Part shown: one piece after another, positions 9,650 to 19,739 of the stretch | Layout: each line of letters starts with the position of its first letter | Numbering within the stretch: position 1 is the first letter of the stretch | Virus record (IMG/VR): IMGVR_UViG_3300028772_000011 | Span: 29,275 to 93,274 of that record | DNA length: 64,000 nucleotides | Source of the DNA: a virus | Strand: one strand, 5' to 3' | The notes under the pieces: model-generated | Database searches by the model: none | What the model was told of the DNA's origin: nothing | The model's input: the letters and a program-made list of their open reading frames with translations, nothing else | Program-made: the position numbers and the translations under genes

Positions 9650-9742
9650 AAATAAATATATAAGTCACTTGTTTATTAAATAAATTAATATAATTATAAT
9701 AAAATACTTTAAAATAAAAACGACTTATTGTGAAATATTTAA

Positions 9743-9757
9743 TACTTATATTAAAAT
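9743..9757 (+). promoter_or_regulatory. putative late promoter (TACTTATATTAAAAT)
   Basis: one mismatch to the 15-mer TATTTATATTAAAAT seen six times elsewhere. Confidence 0.55.
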
Positions 9758-9787
9758 AATAGCACGAGTTGCTGGAAAACATTAAAT

Positions 9788-9826
9788 ATGGAGCTTAAAC
9801 GAGCGAATAAATATTACAAAGATTGA
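9788..9826 (+). CDS. possible 12-aa leader peptide (MELKRANKYYKD)
   Basis: short ORF with A-rich start context ending 3 nt before a terminator upstream of phoH. Confidence 0.25.
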   Translation: MELKRANKYYKD

Positions 9827-9829
9827 TTG

Positions 9830-9867
9830 AATGGGTGTACATCTAAATGTACGCCCATTTTTGTTTT
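9830..9867 (+). terminator. intrinsic terminator in the phoH leader
   Basis: AATGGGTGTACAT-CTAA-ATGTACGCCCATT (13 bp, one G-U) then TTTGTTTT. Confidence 0.75.
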
Positions 9868-9907
9868 ATATAAGTAGCTAATAAATAACAAATTAAATAA
9901 AAACAGT

Positions 9908-10753
9908 ATGGGTATTAGAAAAGGTAGTGCTTCAATAAATGCGGGAACGACGAAGCAAGCAAGAGGCAACACTGGTGCCGAAAAGAAAACCAGAGAAAAG
10001 AAACCGAAGATGTCGACTCAGGATATAGAGAATAAATATGGAGTTAGAAGTAAATCTTTAAATTATAAAATAAATTTCAAACCACTAACCGATACACAAG
10101 ACATATATTATCGAATGCTCAAAGAAAAACAAATTACTTTTTGTACTGGAGTTCCTGGAAGTGGAAAATCATTCGTTTGTTTGTCTGCCGCATTAAAGTT
10201 ACTTGCTGAAGATAATGAATATAAAAGAATATTAATAGTTAGCCCAACAGTAGAAGCTGGCAACATGGAACTCGGCTATTTAAAGGGATCAAAGGATGAA
10301 AAAATCGCTCCTTATTTAGAGGCCGATTTCCAAACTATTACAGATATTTTACAATTAAATGGGAATATGTCTGAAACAATTTTAAAAGACTTAATTGAAA
10401 CAAAACATATTCAAGGTGATTGCGTTAATTTTATGCGCGGAAAAACAATTAAAAATACTATTTGCATCATTACAGAAGCAGAAAATTTCAACAAACAAGA
10501 ACTGTGGTTATTACTATCGCGCGTATCACCATCTTCAAAATATTTTATTAATGGAGATAATAGACAGCAAGACAGAAAAGATATTAAAGGCAGCCAGCAA
10601 AATGGGCTAAAATTTGCTATGGATACATTAAAAAATAAAATTGATAAAATCGGGTTCTGTCACTTCACAAAAAAAGATATCGTTCGAGATCCGATAATTG
10701 AGGAGATAATGAATTTATGGTTTGAAGGTGAAAATTTAAATGATGAGTATTAA
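9908..10753 (+). CDS. phoH: PhoH family ATPase
   Basis: GVPGSGKS Walker A, LGYLKG..EKIAPY, FMRGKT, GDNRQQD, DIVRDP. Confidence 0.93.
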   Translation: MGIRKGSASINAGTTKQARGNTGAEKKTREKKPKMSTQDIENKYGVRSKSLNYKINFKPLTDTQDIYYRMLKEKQITFCTGVPGSGKSFVCLSAALKLLAEDNEYKRILIVSPTVEAGNMELGYLKGSKDEKIAPYLEADFQTITDILQLNGNMSETILKDLIETKHIQGDCVNFMRGKTIKNTICIITEAENFNKQELWLLLSRVSPSSKYFINGDNRQQDRKDIKGSQQNGLKFAMDTLKNKIDKIGFCHFTKKDIVRDPIIEEIMNLWFEGENLNDEY

Positions 10754-10759
10754 TATAAT

Positions 10760-10792
10760 AATAAATGGGGAACTAATTATTCCCCATTTATT
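10760..10792. terminator. bidirectional terminator
   Basis: AATAAATGGGGAA / TTCCCCATTTATT between convergent genes. Confidence 0.8.
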
Positions 10793-11575
10793 TTACAATC
10801 GAATCATATTATTTGTATAAATATCCTCATAAGAGTCTACATATCCATCACAAAACCATTTTTTTGGTGCTACTACTATTTTATCTTTATTTTTATTTAG
10901 ATAGCTACCCCACCACGAAAATGTTGAGTTAGAAATAATATTATGATTGCACATTGACATTAAATATAGTTGTTCATAATCCGCAAGATTAAAAGAATTA
11001 TCAATAAAAATTATATCATTACTTTGGGGTATGTTTTCTTTACACCACACTATATCATCCGAAAAAACCAAAACAGTTTTACCGACAAATAGCTTTAAAG
11101 AGTTTACAATATAATCCAACCCAATAAATCTATGCGTGTCTTTGTTTTTTAAATAGTCCCCCCGCCGAACGTGTAATGAAACAACTTCCTTATTATTTCT
11201 TATTTTTTTCAAAACGCAATTAAGTTTATTAACCATCTTAATAGTCGGTGAAAATAGTCCAATAATATAGTCTTTATTATTAAAGAAATATTTTTCACTT
11301 TGGAAAAAACCAATTAATTTAATATCTTTTTGATAAGTTATCTCACTAAAACTAAAATTTGGCTCTATATATTTCCAAATACAATTTATTTTACGATCAA
11401 GAACACTTGATAAAATATTGTCTTTATAAATATTTGATAAATAACCTTGCCCGCATTGCTGATGATCAGAAATATCAAAACAAGTCAAATCATTATTATC
11501 CAAAGCCAGAGATACAGCCGCTGCGATTTGAAACATTAGATTACCAATACCGCATTTTAATTCCGAGGTTACCAT
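10793..11575 (-). CDS. alpha-1,2-fucosyltransferase (GT11)
   Basis: GIGNLMFQ, GFFQSEKYF, SLHVRRGDY, FSDDIVWC, IISNSTFSWWG. Confidence 0.92.
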   Translation of the reverse strand: MVTSELKCGIGNLMFQIAAAVSLALDNNDLTCFDISDHQQCGQGYLSNIYKDNILSSVLDRKINCIWKYIEPNFSFSEITYQKDIKLIGFFQSEKYFFNNKDYIIGLFSPTIKMVNKLNCVLKKIRNNKEVVSLHVRRGDYLKNKDTHRFIGLDYIVNSLKLFVGKTVLVFSDDIVWCKENIPQSNDIIFIDNSFNLADYEQLYLMSMCNHNIISNSTFSWWGSYLNKNKDKIVVAPKKWFCDGYVDSYEDIYTNNMIRL

Positions 11576-11576
11576 A

Positions 11577-12338
11577 TTATTTAATTTCGTTATTTATTTT
11601 AATACAAGTTTTAATTGTTTCATTAAATAATGTTATTGTTTTTTGATCCTCAAAACTATATTGAATCCCATGGCCCAATTTTTTATTTATAGAAGATAAT
11701 CTTTCCCTATACATTTTATATCTTTCCAAGACATATTCGATTGATAGATGTTTGTAATGGAATAAGAATATCTTTTCACCATCGTAATATTTAACATACC
11801 CAACTGGATTACACGAATGAGCACCAGGAGTATAATTAATTTCACTTATTTTATTTGGATTAAAAATAATTCTTTTACCGAACGACCCATACTTAACCCC
11901 AGTAGTAATTATTTCATGTAATAACTTATTTTCTTCATATACTGGGAATTTTTCTGAATACATATCAAAAATAGTCGGAAAACATATTGTCTGTTCATTA
12001 GCCAACATATATTGAAGTTCTTCTGTGATTGAAACTGAAAATAAAGCTTCATCAAAATCGCATACAACAACAAAATCGCATTTACCAATGCTACGTTTCC
12101 AAGCATTATTTTTTAATTCTAAATATATTGAGTCGTTCAATTCGTTATTTGATTCATAAGATATAATTTCAACGTTAAATCTATTTTCCTGAGATAACAT
12201 CTGTACACTGTTATCCGTGGAATTATTATCAAGTACATAAACATTTGTTGCAAATTTAGCCCAATAATCAAGCATAAAAGGTACTAACATTTCCTCATTA
12301 TAACACAACACATAAACGTCAACTTTAACTTTATCCAT
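11577..12338 (-). CDS. glycosyltransferase family 2-like
   Basis: CYNEE, DNNSTDNS, VVCDFDE (DxD), PGAH. Confidence 0.85.
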   Translation of the reverse strand: MDKVKVDVYVLCYNEEMLVPFMLDYWAKFATNVYVLDNNSTDNSVQMLSQENRFNVEIISYESNNELNDSIYLELKNNAWKRSIGKCDFVVVCDFDEALFSVSITEELQYMLANEQTICFPTIFDMYSEKFPVYEENKLLHEIITTGVKYGSFGKRIIFNPNKISEINYTPGAHSCNPVGYVKYYDGEKIFLFHYKHLSIEYVLERYKMYRERLSSINKKLGHGIQYSFEDQKTITLFNETIKTCIKINNEIK

Positions 12339-12448
12339 CCAATATTAATTTAATTCCAATTTATACATAAATAATCCTTTCTAAACCCAAATTTATGAAA
12401 TATTTTATATCTATCTACTTACTATTAAATATTCTAATTATGTTTCAA

Positions 12449-12482
12449 CAAATATACTAATAAAATATTAAAAAAACAAGTT
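12449..12482 (-). promoter_or_regulatory. Bacteroidota sigma-A-type promoter
   Basis: AACTTG-N20-TATATTTG on minus strand. Confidence 0.75.
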
Positions 12483-12498
12483 CAAATAAATTATTTAA

Positions 12499-12537
12499 TA
12501 AAAATAAGGTGTAACCTTTTTAAAGATTACACCTTAT
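12499..12537 (-). terminator. terminator of capsid operon
   Basis: ATAAGGTGTAA / TTACACCTTAT stem with U-tract on minus strand. Confidence 0.75.
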
Positions 12538-12558
12538 AAAATTATATTAAATCAACAA

Positions 12559-14364
12559 TTAACGGAATTCGTTAGTTGACCATTTTTGTAAACCATCAAC
12601 ATGAACCTGACCATAGAACTTGTTATTAACCACTTTCTTAGCGTAACGAGTCATAATGTATTTAATCGGTGCTCCACCGTTAAATGGGTTGTACATCAGT
12701 GGAGAAAGTGTTAATGGAATATATGGTGCATAAATGTAACCAGTATCCATCAAACTCTTACCGTGGTGACCAATTATAATAGAATCAGAAGGAGAATATG
12801 GGTCAACATATACTTGGTAACGGTTTTGTAACGAACCGATACGTTCAATTCCTAAATTGTATTGATCAGATTCTGCAGAAGCATCAGATACGTGGAAATA
12901 CTCCAAGTTATTGAATACGGCAGAAATTTCAGTACTTACAACTACGAAGTTAGCTGCACCTTGAAGAGTTGATTTTTGGATTTGACCAGAAATCTGGTTA
13001 ATCTTAGTAAACAATTCTTGGTTCCAGTCTTTTTGTGTATAGTTAGTTGAAAAACCAGTGATTTTTCTCCATCCGTTTACATCAAATTTCAATTGCCAAG
13101 GAGCAACAACACGAAGTTCACGAAGAATTTCACGGTCAATTTCAGCAGCAACTTGTTGAGAAAGTACAGCTGTCAATTCAGCTTCAGCATCAATGTTCTG
13201 GAAAACAGCAACATCCTGAGCCATTTCTGGTGACCAAGTAGCGCGCAATTTACGTTCTTCAACAGAAATAGTCAAAGAATCTAAAGTTACACCAACTTCA
13301 CCAATCTCAGTATCCAATTCAAGGGTGTCATAAGTAGCCCAACCAATTTTAAATGTGCTTGCATCAACAGTATTTCCAGAAGCAACTCCTGCATAACCAT
13401 CAACTAAATTACTTGCACTTGGTTTAGTTAAATCAACTTCCAAATAAATAGCACCAGTAGCATCACAAACGTTGTTACGTTCAACAATACCCTTACCATA
13501 TTTCTGAGTCATTACGCGATAAAGAACAGGTTCACCAGCAGCAAACGAAGTTGCACCAGTCAAAGTTTTTCCGTCCCCCATTACAACTTTTAAAGAAGCC
13601 AAGAAGCTTTCAGTATCCATTTCATTACCATCAGCACCAGTTAATTTACCAGCTCCGTAGCTATTAAATCCAGTTACTTTTAAAACAACGTGACGAAGAG
13701 TACCATCAGTTGCAAGAACGTTTGTAACGTTAGTTGCACCAGTTACATAATTTCCATCAACATAAGAAACAGGAGCAGCAGTACCCATTTGTAAATGTAC
13801 TTTACCCTTAGAGTTATCATACAAGAAATCATCATAGAACAAGTCATATAAAGATTTTGCATAATTAGTAGTAATACCAGAAGCATCAATCTGAACTCCA
13901 GGAACATAACCACGAACTAAATCAGCACCAGAAGCATTACGGTCACGTAAATTTGCACCCATCATACCTTTATGAGATCCAGTCAAACCACTAAGAATTC
14001 CTTGTCCATCACCTTCCCAAGTTCTTTCGGAAGTAACAGGACGTAAGAAGAATACTTTACCAATTGACATATTCATTGCCTGTACAGATACGATATCATT
14101 AGCCAGCAATTTACTGAACACACGACGTATCATAGGGAATACAACTGTTTCAAATGAACCACTATTACTAGAGTCAGTTGTTTCTTTCATTATTTGTCTA
14201 GCCGTGTTTTCAAACAGCGTCGAAATGGTTTCTTTCTTATGTCCCTCAAGACCTTCTGTAAAACCAAGCGCATCCCAACGTTTCGATACTTCTTCACGTA
14301 AACGACGTTCTTTATCCAATTCGATATTACCAACTTTACCGCTGGCCAAAAATTCTCTAATCAT
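12559..14364 (-). CDS. gp23: major capsid protein (T4 gp23-like)
   Basis: IRRV..LLANDIVSVQAM, RKLRATWSPEMAQD, IDAEAELT, AEIDREI, GYIYAPYIP, MTRY. Confidence 0.96.
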   Translation of the reverse strand: MIREFLASGKVGNIELDKERRLREEVSKRWDALGFTEGLEGHKKETISTLFENTARQIMKETTDSSNSGSFETVVFPMIRRVFSKLLANDIVSVQAMNMSIGKVFFLRPVTSERTWEGDGQGILSGLTGSHKGMMGANLRDRNASGADLVRGYVPGVQIDASGITTNYAKSLYDLFYDDFLYDNSKGKVHLQMGTAAPVSYVDGNYVTGATNVTNVLATDGTLRHVVLKVTGFNSYGAGKLTGADGNEMDTESFLASLKVVMGDGKTLTGATSFAAGEPVLYRVMTQKYGKGIVERNNVCDATGAIYLEVDLTKPSASNLVDGYAGVASGNTVDASTFKIGWATYDTLELDTEIGEVGVTLDSLTISVEERKLRATWSPEMAQDVAVFQNIDAEAELTAVLSQQVAAEIDREILRELRVVAPWQLKFDVNGWRKITGFSTNYTQKDWNQELFTKINQISGQIQKSTLQGAANFVVVSTEISAVFNNLEYFHVSDASAESDQYNLGIERIGSLQNRYQVYVDPYSPSDSIIIGHHGKSLMDTGYIYAPYIPLTLSPLMYNPFNGGAPIKYIMTRYAKKVVNNKFYGQVHVDGLQKWSTNEFR

Positions 14365-14410
14365 TTTGTTATTTTTTTATTTTTTATTTTTTTTATTTTC
14401 CGATAGGTTA

Positions 14411-15712
14411 TTAATATTTATCCATTTTTCGCATTAACTCTTGCATCTTAACCATATCAGCATTTTGATATATAACTTTTTCATTGATAACCTTACTACC
14501 TTCTGCGCTAAATTGCTTATCAATTGAACTATTACTAATAACTTTTCCATTTAATTCTCTTTGAATAGTTTCGAAAAGTAAGTTACCAGCTTCAATAGAT
14601 TTAGCCTCACTTGCAAAACGATTTAAAATAACTGCTTTTTCATCTTTAGTTGTAGAATTTTCGAGAATTAACTTTACGAATTTTCCAAGACTATTATTTA
14701 GTACTGCATTTTCTTTTAATTGTCCAACAAATTGACCAAGCGCACTTTTCAATTGAACCATTTCGTTTTCAGTTGATTTCTTAAACGACTCATGTTGTTC
14801 AGTCAAGCTATTAATTTTTTTAGTGTATGCGATTTTAAGAGCTTTTACTTCTTTACTTTCACCAACTAATTGACCACCGTTTCTTTTATTAGCACCAGGA
14901 GCATTTGCAGCCCTTGTTTGCGATAAAACACCAGCACGTCTATTAACACTATATGATTGAGTTATATTTTTTTCATCAACTAATCCTTCGCCAGCGGCAT
15001 CTGGACCAACCTCAGGTTCGTTTTCTTCCGATAATTCGGTTTCATTCCCCTCATAACTATGATGCATCCCTTCGGATACAACGGGTTCATCATCTAAGTC
15101 AATTTCAATTTCTGGGTCTAAATCAGCATCAATACTAGGATCTACATCCGCACCAGCCGATGGGGTAGTATCAATCATATATTCTGCGCCAGTCTCATTG
15201 TCATTGAGTTCGATCTTTCCATCACCCAAATCTGTAATGCTTACTGAATCATTTCCATCAATGCGTTTAAACACTTTGATTAATTGACTAGTATCTGCAC
15301 CTGTAAGGTCATACTCACCATCATCCGATTTAAATTGATCAATGTCAAAATCTTCTTCTTCGCCTGATTCCAAATCTGAATCCACATCAGCGCCATCTAC
15401 ATCTACGTCAACATCTACGTCAGCGTTATCAGTTTCTGGTTCTTCTACTTCTACATTATCCAATCCGCTTTCGGTTGAATCGGTATCTTCCACACCTTCA
15501 ATATCTATATTATCACCATTCACGTCATCCGTTTCAGCATCCTTATCTGGATCTTCTTCTTCAAATGCTTCGGTCATATAATTTTTAAGTCCTTTTTTAA
15601 CAGCGTTTTCAAAAATAGTATTCACTGTATCTTCACTTGTTTCTTTTAAAAAGGTTTTCATTTTTTGTAGATCCAGAAGTGCTTCTTTCACGCTATCATT
15701 TTTTTCACTCAT
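14411..15712 (-). CDS. prohead core/scaffolding protein (gp22-like)
   Basis: highly acidic with coiled-coil C-terminus; directly upstream of MCP; many (I/L)xE sites. Confidence 0.75.
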   Translation of the reverse strand: MSEKNDSVKEALLDLQKMKTFLKETSEDTVNTIFENAVKKGLKNYMTEAFEEEDPDKDAETDDVNGDNIDIEGVEDTDSTESGLDNVEVEEPETDNADVDVDVDVDGADVDSDLESGEEEDFDIDQFKSDDGEYDLTGADTSQLIKVFKRIDGNDSVSITDLGDGKIELNDNETGAEYMIDTTPSAGADVDPSIDADLDPEIEIDLDDEPVVSEGMHHSYEGNETELSEENEPEVGPDAAGEGLVDEKNITQSYSVNRRAGVLSQTRAANAPGANKRNGGQLVGESKEVKALKIAYTKKINSLTEQHESFKKSTENEMVQLKSALGQFVGQLKENAVLNNSLGKFVKLILENSTTKDEKAVILNRFASEAKSIEAGNLLFETIQRELNGKVISNSSIDKQFSAEGSKVINEKVIYQNADMVKMQELMRKMDKY

Positions 15713-15735
15713 TGTAATTGATAATTAATTTAATT

Positions 15736-15750
15736 ATTTTAATATAAATA
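15736..15750 (-). promoter_or_regulatory. late promoter TATTTATATTAAAAT
   Basis: exact 15-mer upstream of scaffold/MCP. Confidence 0.7.
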
Positions 15751-15846
15751 TATATTATTTTGAAAAAAAACATTTATTTTTAAATTTATTTTTAATTATA
15801 TTAAGTTATTTATATAATTTCAACTATTTTAATAGTATTTTTGATT

Positions 15847-15861
15847 ATTTTAATATAAATA
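15847..15861 (-). promoter_or_regulatory. late promoter TATTTATATTAAAAT (second copy upstream of scaffold)
   Basis: exact 15-mer. Confidence 0.65.
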
Positions 15862-15902
15862 CTTTTTATTTGTTAAAAATCAAACACTTTATTAAATTAT
15901 TT

Positions 15903-16541
15903 TTATTTATTTATTAAATTATAGTAATATTGTGTTTTTTTAATTCTATCTTCTAATCCATTTGGTATTACACTTGAATTAACATTACCTACATTTATAG
16001 CTTTTGATAATAACGTAATCGATTTTTCATCTACCCCTTTAGCATATTTCCAAAGGTTATTTGTATCAAAGAAAAATTTTGCTGATTCAAATGGATATTT
16101 TGTTGCTATTAAACTTGGATTGTTTTTTACTTCTGGGTCTTTAATGTATGTCGCAAATGCAACATGATTAATTTTTCCAGTTAATTGAATTGGGCCAACA
16201 CCTTTGTGTAGCCAACCATCACCACTTGCTTCGTTACCATTACCCATTCTATTACAATAGACGTGGTTTGCTATCTTTTCTGGCTGCCTTTGAAATTCAT
16301 TAGCAGATTGAGTTGTAAAATACTTATGGAAGGTTGATAATAATGCGGCTGCTGAATAATTCAAGTTTTCATACAGTGATATAAATGAATTACTCTCGTG
16401 ATCACATTGACCCATAAAATTAGCCAGCTCTTCATTCGACGATATTTTATTAATCTCTTTTATTTTTAATAGTGTTATTTTACCTATTATTCCATCAGCA
16501 TCTAATCCATATTTTTTTTGAAAATCTAATATCATTCCCAT
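15903..16541 (-). CDS. endolysin, GH19 with N-terminal peptidoglycan-binding motif
   Basis: FQKKYGLDADGIIGKIT; FMGQCDHES, ENLNYSA, GDGW..KGVGPIQLTGK, GLEDR. Confidence 0.9.
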   Translation of the reverse strand: MGMILDFQKKYGLDADGIIGKITLLKIKEINKISSNEELANFMGQCDHESNSFISLYENLNYSAAALLSTFHKYFTTQSANEFQRQPEKIANHVYCNRMGNGNEASGDGWLHKGVGPIQLTGKINHVAFATYIKDPEVKNNPSLIATKYPFESAKFFFDTNNLWKYAKGVDEKSITLLSKAINVGNVNSSVIPNGLEDRIKKTQYYYNLINK

Positions 16542-16558
16542 AACTTTCTATGTGTTTT

Positions 16559-17563
16559 TTAAAATAAATTTATTGTATAATCTATATTATCTAAATCCTT
16601 TAATACCGAAGCTGCTTTTTCAACTTCGTTAACAAACAGATCAACATTCTTTGATAGCTCAGAAATACTATTTTCAACCTGAATAAAATGTTCATCATTC
16701 TGGTCGTATGCATATTCTGGTAGCCCCCAAATTGAATTAAGTGTTTTTCTTTTAATTAAATCAAAGCCTCTATTAGCCTCATCCGTTTCAACCATTATAT
16801 TATAGAAATTAGGATAAGACAATGTTTGGGTGTTAAAAAAAGCATTATATTTATTCTGTAATTCCAAGAACTTTTTACTATACTGTTGTAAAAACAAAGT
16901 ATTAATTTGAGGGACATCTTCATTGATAACCCTTCTAACGACATTTTCAATCAATGATTTTATATTTATATTTTCCATAATGAGGTCATTTTCTATTGCT
17001 AATTCTTTAATTTCTGTTTTATCGCTAGAATCGATTGAATCAGATGATAATAATGCTGACACAACTTCTTTCGTTACCAAACCACTCCTAAGTATTTCTT
17101 TAAATTTTTCAATATTATTTTCCACTAATATTATATTGTCAGAATCTGACTTAGCTAATGTTGCATTTTTAAATTTCGGATAAAAATATGGTATGTTATT
17201 GGTTTTTTTAAAATCATATATTTGACCGCATTTTATTTGAATAATATTTTCAATTGGAATTGATCTTGCAGCCCCTTGTATTCCATTAACATCGTATTGA
17301 GAATTATCTCTAATGAATAGTAAATCAAGATCACTCATTTTAACATCACGACTATTATTACTCTGACTTCTTTTGAGCATTGTATCAACATTCATTGTAG
17401 CATGAGTAATATTCCGCAATTCTCCTGTTGTTCTCTTCACAAACAATACAGAAAAATGTTGTTTTCCGTTAGCAATTTTATTCCATAATTCAACTGGGAA
17501 TATATGCCTGGAAAATGCTTCCGTTAAAGGTAATATGTCATTATTTTTTGCTGCGAGGATCAT
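16559..17563 (-). CDS. modular late protein with WYL_2/Sm-like domain
   Basis: FSVLFVKRTTGELR...RSIPIENIIQIK; internal IKSLIENVVRRVINE motif. Confidence 0.5.
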   Translation of the reverse strand: MILAAKNNDILPLTEAFSRHIFPVELWNKIANGKQHFSVLFVKRTTGELRNITHATMNVDTMLKRSQSNNSRDVKMSDLDLLFIRDNSQYDVNGIQGAARSIPIENIIQIKCGQIYDFKKTNNIPYFYPKFKNATLAKSDSDNIILVENNIEKFKEILRSGLVTKEVVSALLSSDSIDSSDKTEIKELAIENDLIMENINIKSLIENVVRRVINEDVPQINTLFLQQYSKKFLELQNKYNAFFNTQTLSYPNFYNIMVETDEANRGFDLIKRKTLNSIWGLPEYAYDQNDEHFIQVENSISELSKNVDLFVNEVEKAASVLKDLDNIDYTINLF

Positions 17564-18366
17564 TTAAGAATTTGTTTTAATAATAACTCTGGTATATTTT
17601 CATTAGTTGTACATATAGTATTCTTTTCATTATATATATTTTCAAACATTGGGGTTATCATCATATATTTTGTAAACTCAATTTTGTTTGTTACATATAT
17701 TAAATCAACCTTATTATCTTTACATAGTTTATTCTTTTTAATATCTCTACCAACATTTTTTATAAATCCAGTTTTTCCACCAAAATGTTCCATATGTGAT
17801 TCAAAATGTTGTTCTCCTTGGCACTCTATAGCTATTTTATAATCGGGTAAATAAAAATCTAAGGATTGTCGTCCAAGCCATCTAAATTTTTTCTGTTCAA
17901 TATATTCAATTTTATTATCCGTTAAAATTTTACCTATAAATACCTCTATTTTACTTTTTATTTTGCTACATTCTGGGCATCCGTGCTTCTCATTTGTATG
18001 CTTATTAGGCATTTGCCAGAATTCTCCGTGTATTGGACATATTATACATACAGGTAATTTGCTATGGGTATATTCAACTTTAGAATAATCATATTTATCT
18101 CCATGAACTAATATTGCATTTTCAATAAATTTATCTCTGGTTAATCTAATTGTGTTACCTCTTCTTTCGTTATAACACATTTGACAATCATTTATTTCGT
18201 TTTTACAAACTAACCAATTTGGTTTTGACTCCCAAGTATAATTGTGTATTGTACATTTAGCTGTTATGTATTTTTTATTTCCATTATATTGAGAAAGTAC
18301 TACCAAATGCGGCTTTATTATTTTAAGTTGTTCAACAAATTGTTCATGTGTAATTTTTGGCGGCAT
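17560..18366 (-). CDS. free-standing endonuclease: 2 zinc-binding (DUF723-like) repeats plus PD-(D/E)xK/Vsr-like domain
   Basis: HGDKYDYSKV..CPIHGEFWQ..GCPEC; QSLDFY..IAIECQGEQH. Confidence 0.8.
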   Translation of the reverse strand: MPPKITHEQFVEQLKIIKPHLVVLSQYNGNKKYITAKCTIHNYTWESKPNWLVCKNEINDCQMCYNERRGNTIRLTRDKFIENAILVHGDKYDYSKVEYTHSKLPVCIICPIHGEFWQMPNKHTNEKHGCPECSKIKSKIEVFIGKILTDNKIEYIEQKKFRWLGRQSLDFYLPDYKIAIECQGEQHFESHMEHFGGKTGFIKNVGRDIKKNKLCKDNKVDLIYVTNKIEFTKYMMITPMFENIYNEKNTICTTNENIPELLLKQILK

Positions 18367-18401
18367 TAATTTAAATTTAAACTTTTATTTAGTAATATCA
18401 T

Positions 18402-19124
18402 TTATAAAATACTTTTAGTTCCAAGAAAATAATTTAAACCCTCCAATATTTTTCCTTTATTATTTTGTTTTGATTCTACGTATTGTTTTAAATCATCCTG
18501 ATTATCAGCCAAATATGCACCTGGGGTCGATGGCGAACAAACAAAATCCCAACAGGTTATTTCAAAATCATCCTGTACAATATATTTACCAGTGAACTTA
18601 TCTTGTTCCACTGAACCAAGGCCTCTTGAAGAAATACCAAGTTTCCACCCAAGTCTTAAATAATTAGCAATTTGATCACCTTTGCAGGAAATAATTCCAT
18701 AGTTAATAAATCCTGGTGATAATATTAATTCAAGCTCACCAAATAATGTTTTATTTTCCCACCATAACTTATTGATACCGAATGCTAAACGGTCAAGATC
18801 TAAATTTATAGATTCTGGATGATTTGATTCGCCATACGACATCCTTTCATCAATCATTTTTTGATAAAGTTCAACTTGCTTCATTAATACGGATTTCGGA
18901 TATATCCTTCCGTTAGCATTTTCACAATTATACTTCTGTAGAATTGCATATACTTTCAATCTATCAACGATTTTAACTCCAGGTTCTTTACTACCAATCT
19001 TATTCAATTCAGTCCTTGCGTCCGAATTTCTTTCATCTCCTAAGTCGATGAAACCCCCATCTCTCTCGATTAAAATCCCGTATCCTTGATTGTTTTTCTT
19101 TATTTCGAATAGTTCTGAAGCCAT
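18402..19124 (-). CDS. gp21: prohead core protease (T4 gp21-like)
   Basis: NANGRIYP, GESNHP, GISSRGLGS, WDFVCSPSTPGA. Confidence 0.93.
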   Translation of the reverse strand: MASELFEIKKNNQGYGILIERDGGFIDLGDERNSDARTELNKIGSKEPGVKIVDRLKVYAILQKYNCENANGRIYPKSVLMKQVELYQKMIDERMSYGESNHPESINLDLDRLAFGINKLWWENKTLFGELELILSPGFINYGIISCKGDQIANYLRLGWKLGISSRGLGSVEQDKFTGKYIVQDDFEITCWDFVCSPSTPGAYLADNQDDLKQYVESKQNNKGKILEGLNYFLGTKSIL

Positions 19125-19140
19125 TTTAACTTATTTTTCA

Positions 19141-19148
19141 TATAAATA
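19141..19148 (-). promoter_or_regulatory. late promoter TATTTATA
   Basis: 16 nt before protease ATG. Confidence 0.6.
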
Positions 19149-19197
19149 GATTTAATTTGATAAATAACTGTATTTTTTAAAAATAATTTACTTAAGT

Positions 19198-19230
19198 ACT
19201 TGTTTTTTTAATATATTTTTAGTATATTTG
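19198..19230 (+). promoter_or_regulatory. Bacteroidota sigma-A-type promoter
   Basis: ACTTG-N20-TATATTTG. Confidence 0.7.
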
Positions 19231-19245
19231 TATAAAATATTAGGG

Positions 19246-19704
19246 ATGGTTGAGATTAAAAACACTAAAACAAAAAGAAATTCTCGCGAAATCAAATTAG
19301 ACTTAGAATCAGATAATTTCAAAGGAATTTTTGGGTCTACAAATAAATATGAACCGAATGTTATTTACATAAAATTAACTACTTGGATGAACCACACGGA
19401 ACCGATATATAATTATCCGTCGAATATGGAACAACTAAATAAAAAAATAAAAATAAAATTTGGGGAATACGTTAAAGATACAAATTCATTTGTTAGTAAG
19501 GTATTTTATAATTTAGATACAAAAACCGTATTAGTAAAAGAAGACGATTGTTTTCATGGGTCATTTGAATTTACAATAAAACAAGTTGAACCAACCGAAG
19601 TAGATATGGAAAAAATAAAACCAGTTATTGAAAAACTTTGTAATAAAATTATTAACTCAATGGAAATATCGTCTAATTTCAGTTTTAGATTGACAAAAAA
19701 ATAG
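19246..19704 (+). CDS. hypothetical protein
   Basis: start moved to ATG 19246 because the TTG at 19228 lies in the -7 element. Confidence 0.7.
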   Translation: MVEIKNTKTKRNSREIKLDLESDNFKGIFGSTNKYEPNVIYIKLTTWMNHTEPIYNYPSNMEQLNKKIKIKFGEYVKDTNSFVSKVFYNLDTKTVLVKEDDCFHGSFEFTIKQVEPTEVDMEKIKPVIEKLCNKIINSMEISSNFSFRLTKK

Positions 19705-19729
19705 CAACCGTATTTATTTGATTGCTATT
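19700..19729. terminator. bidirectional terminator
   Basis: AATAGCAA / TTGCTATT between convergent genes. Confidence 0.55.
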
Positions 19730-19739
19730 ATTTATTTAT

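Noticed and set aside
15300-15580. Short repeats (ACATCTACGTCA etc.) in the scaffold gene
   Set aside because: Explained by the Asp/Val-rich low-complexity protein sequence
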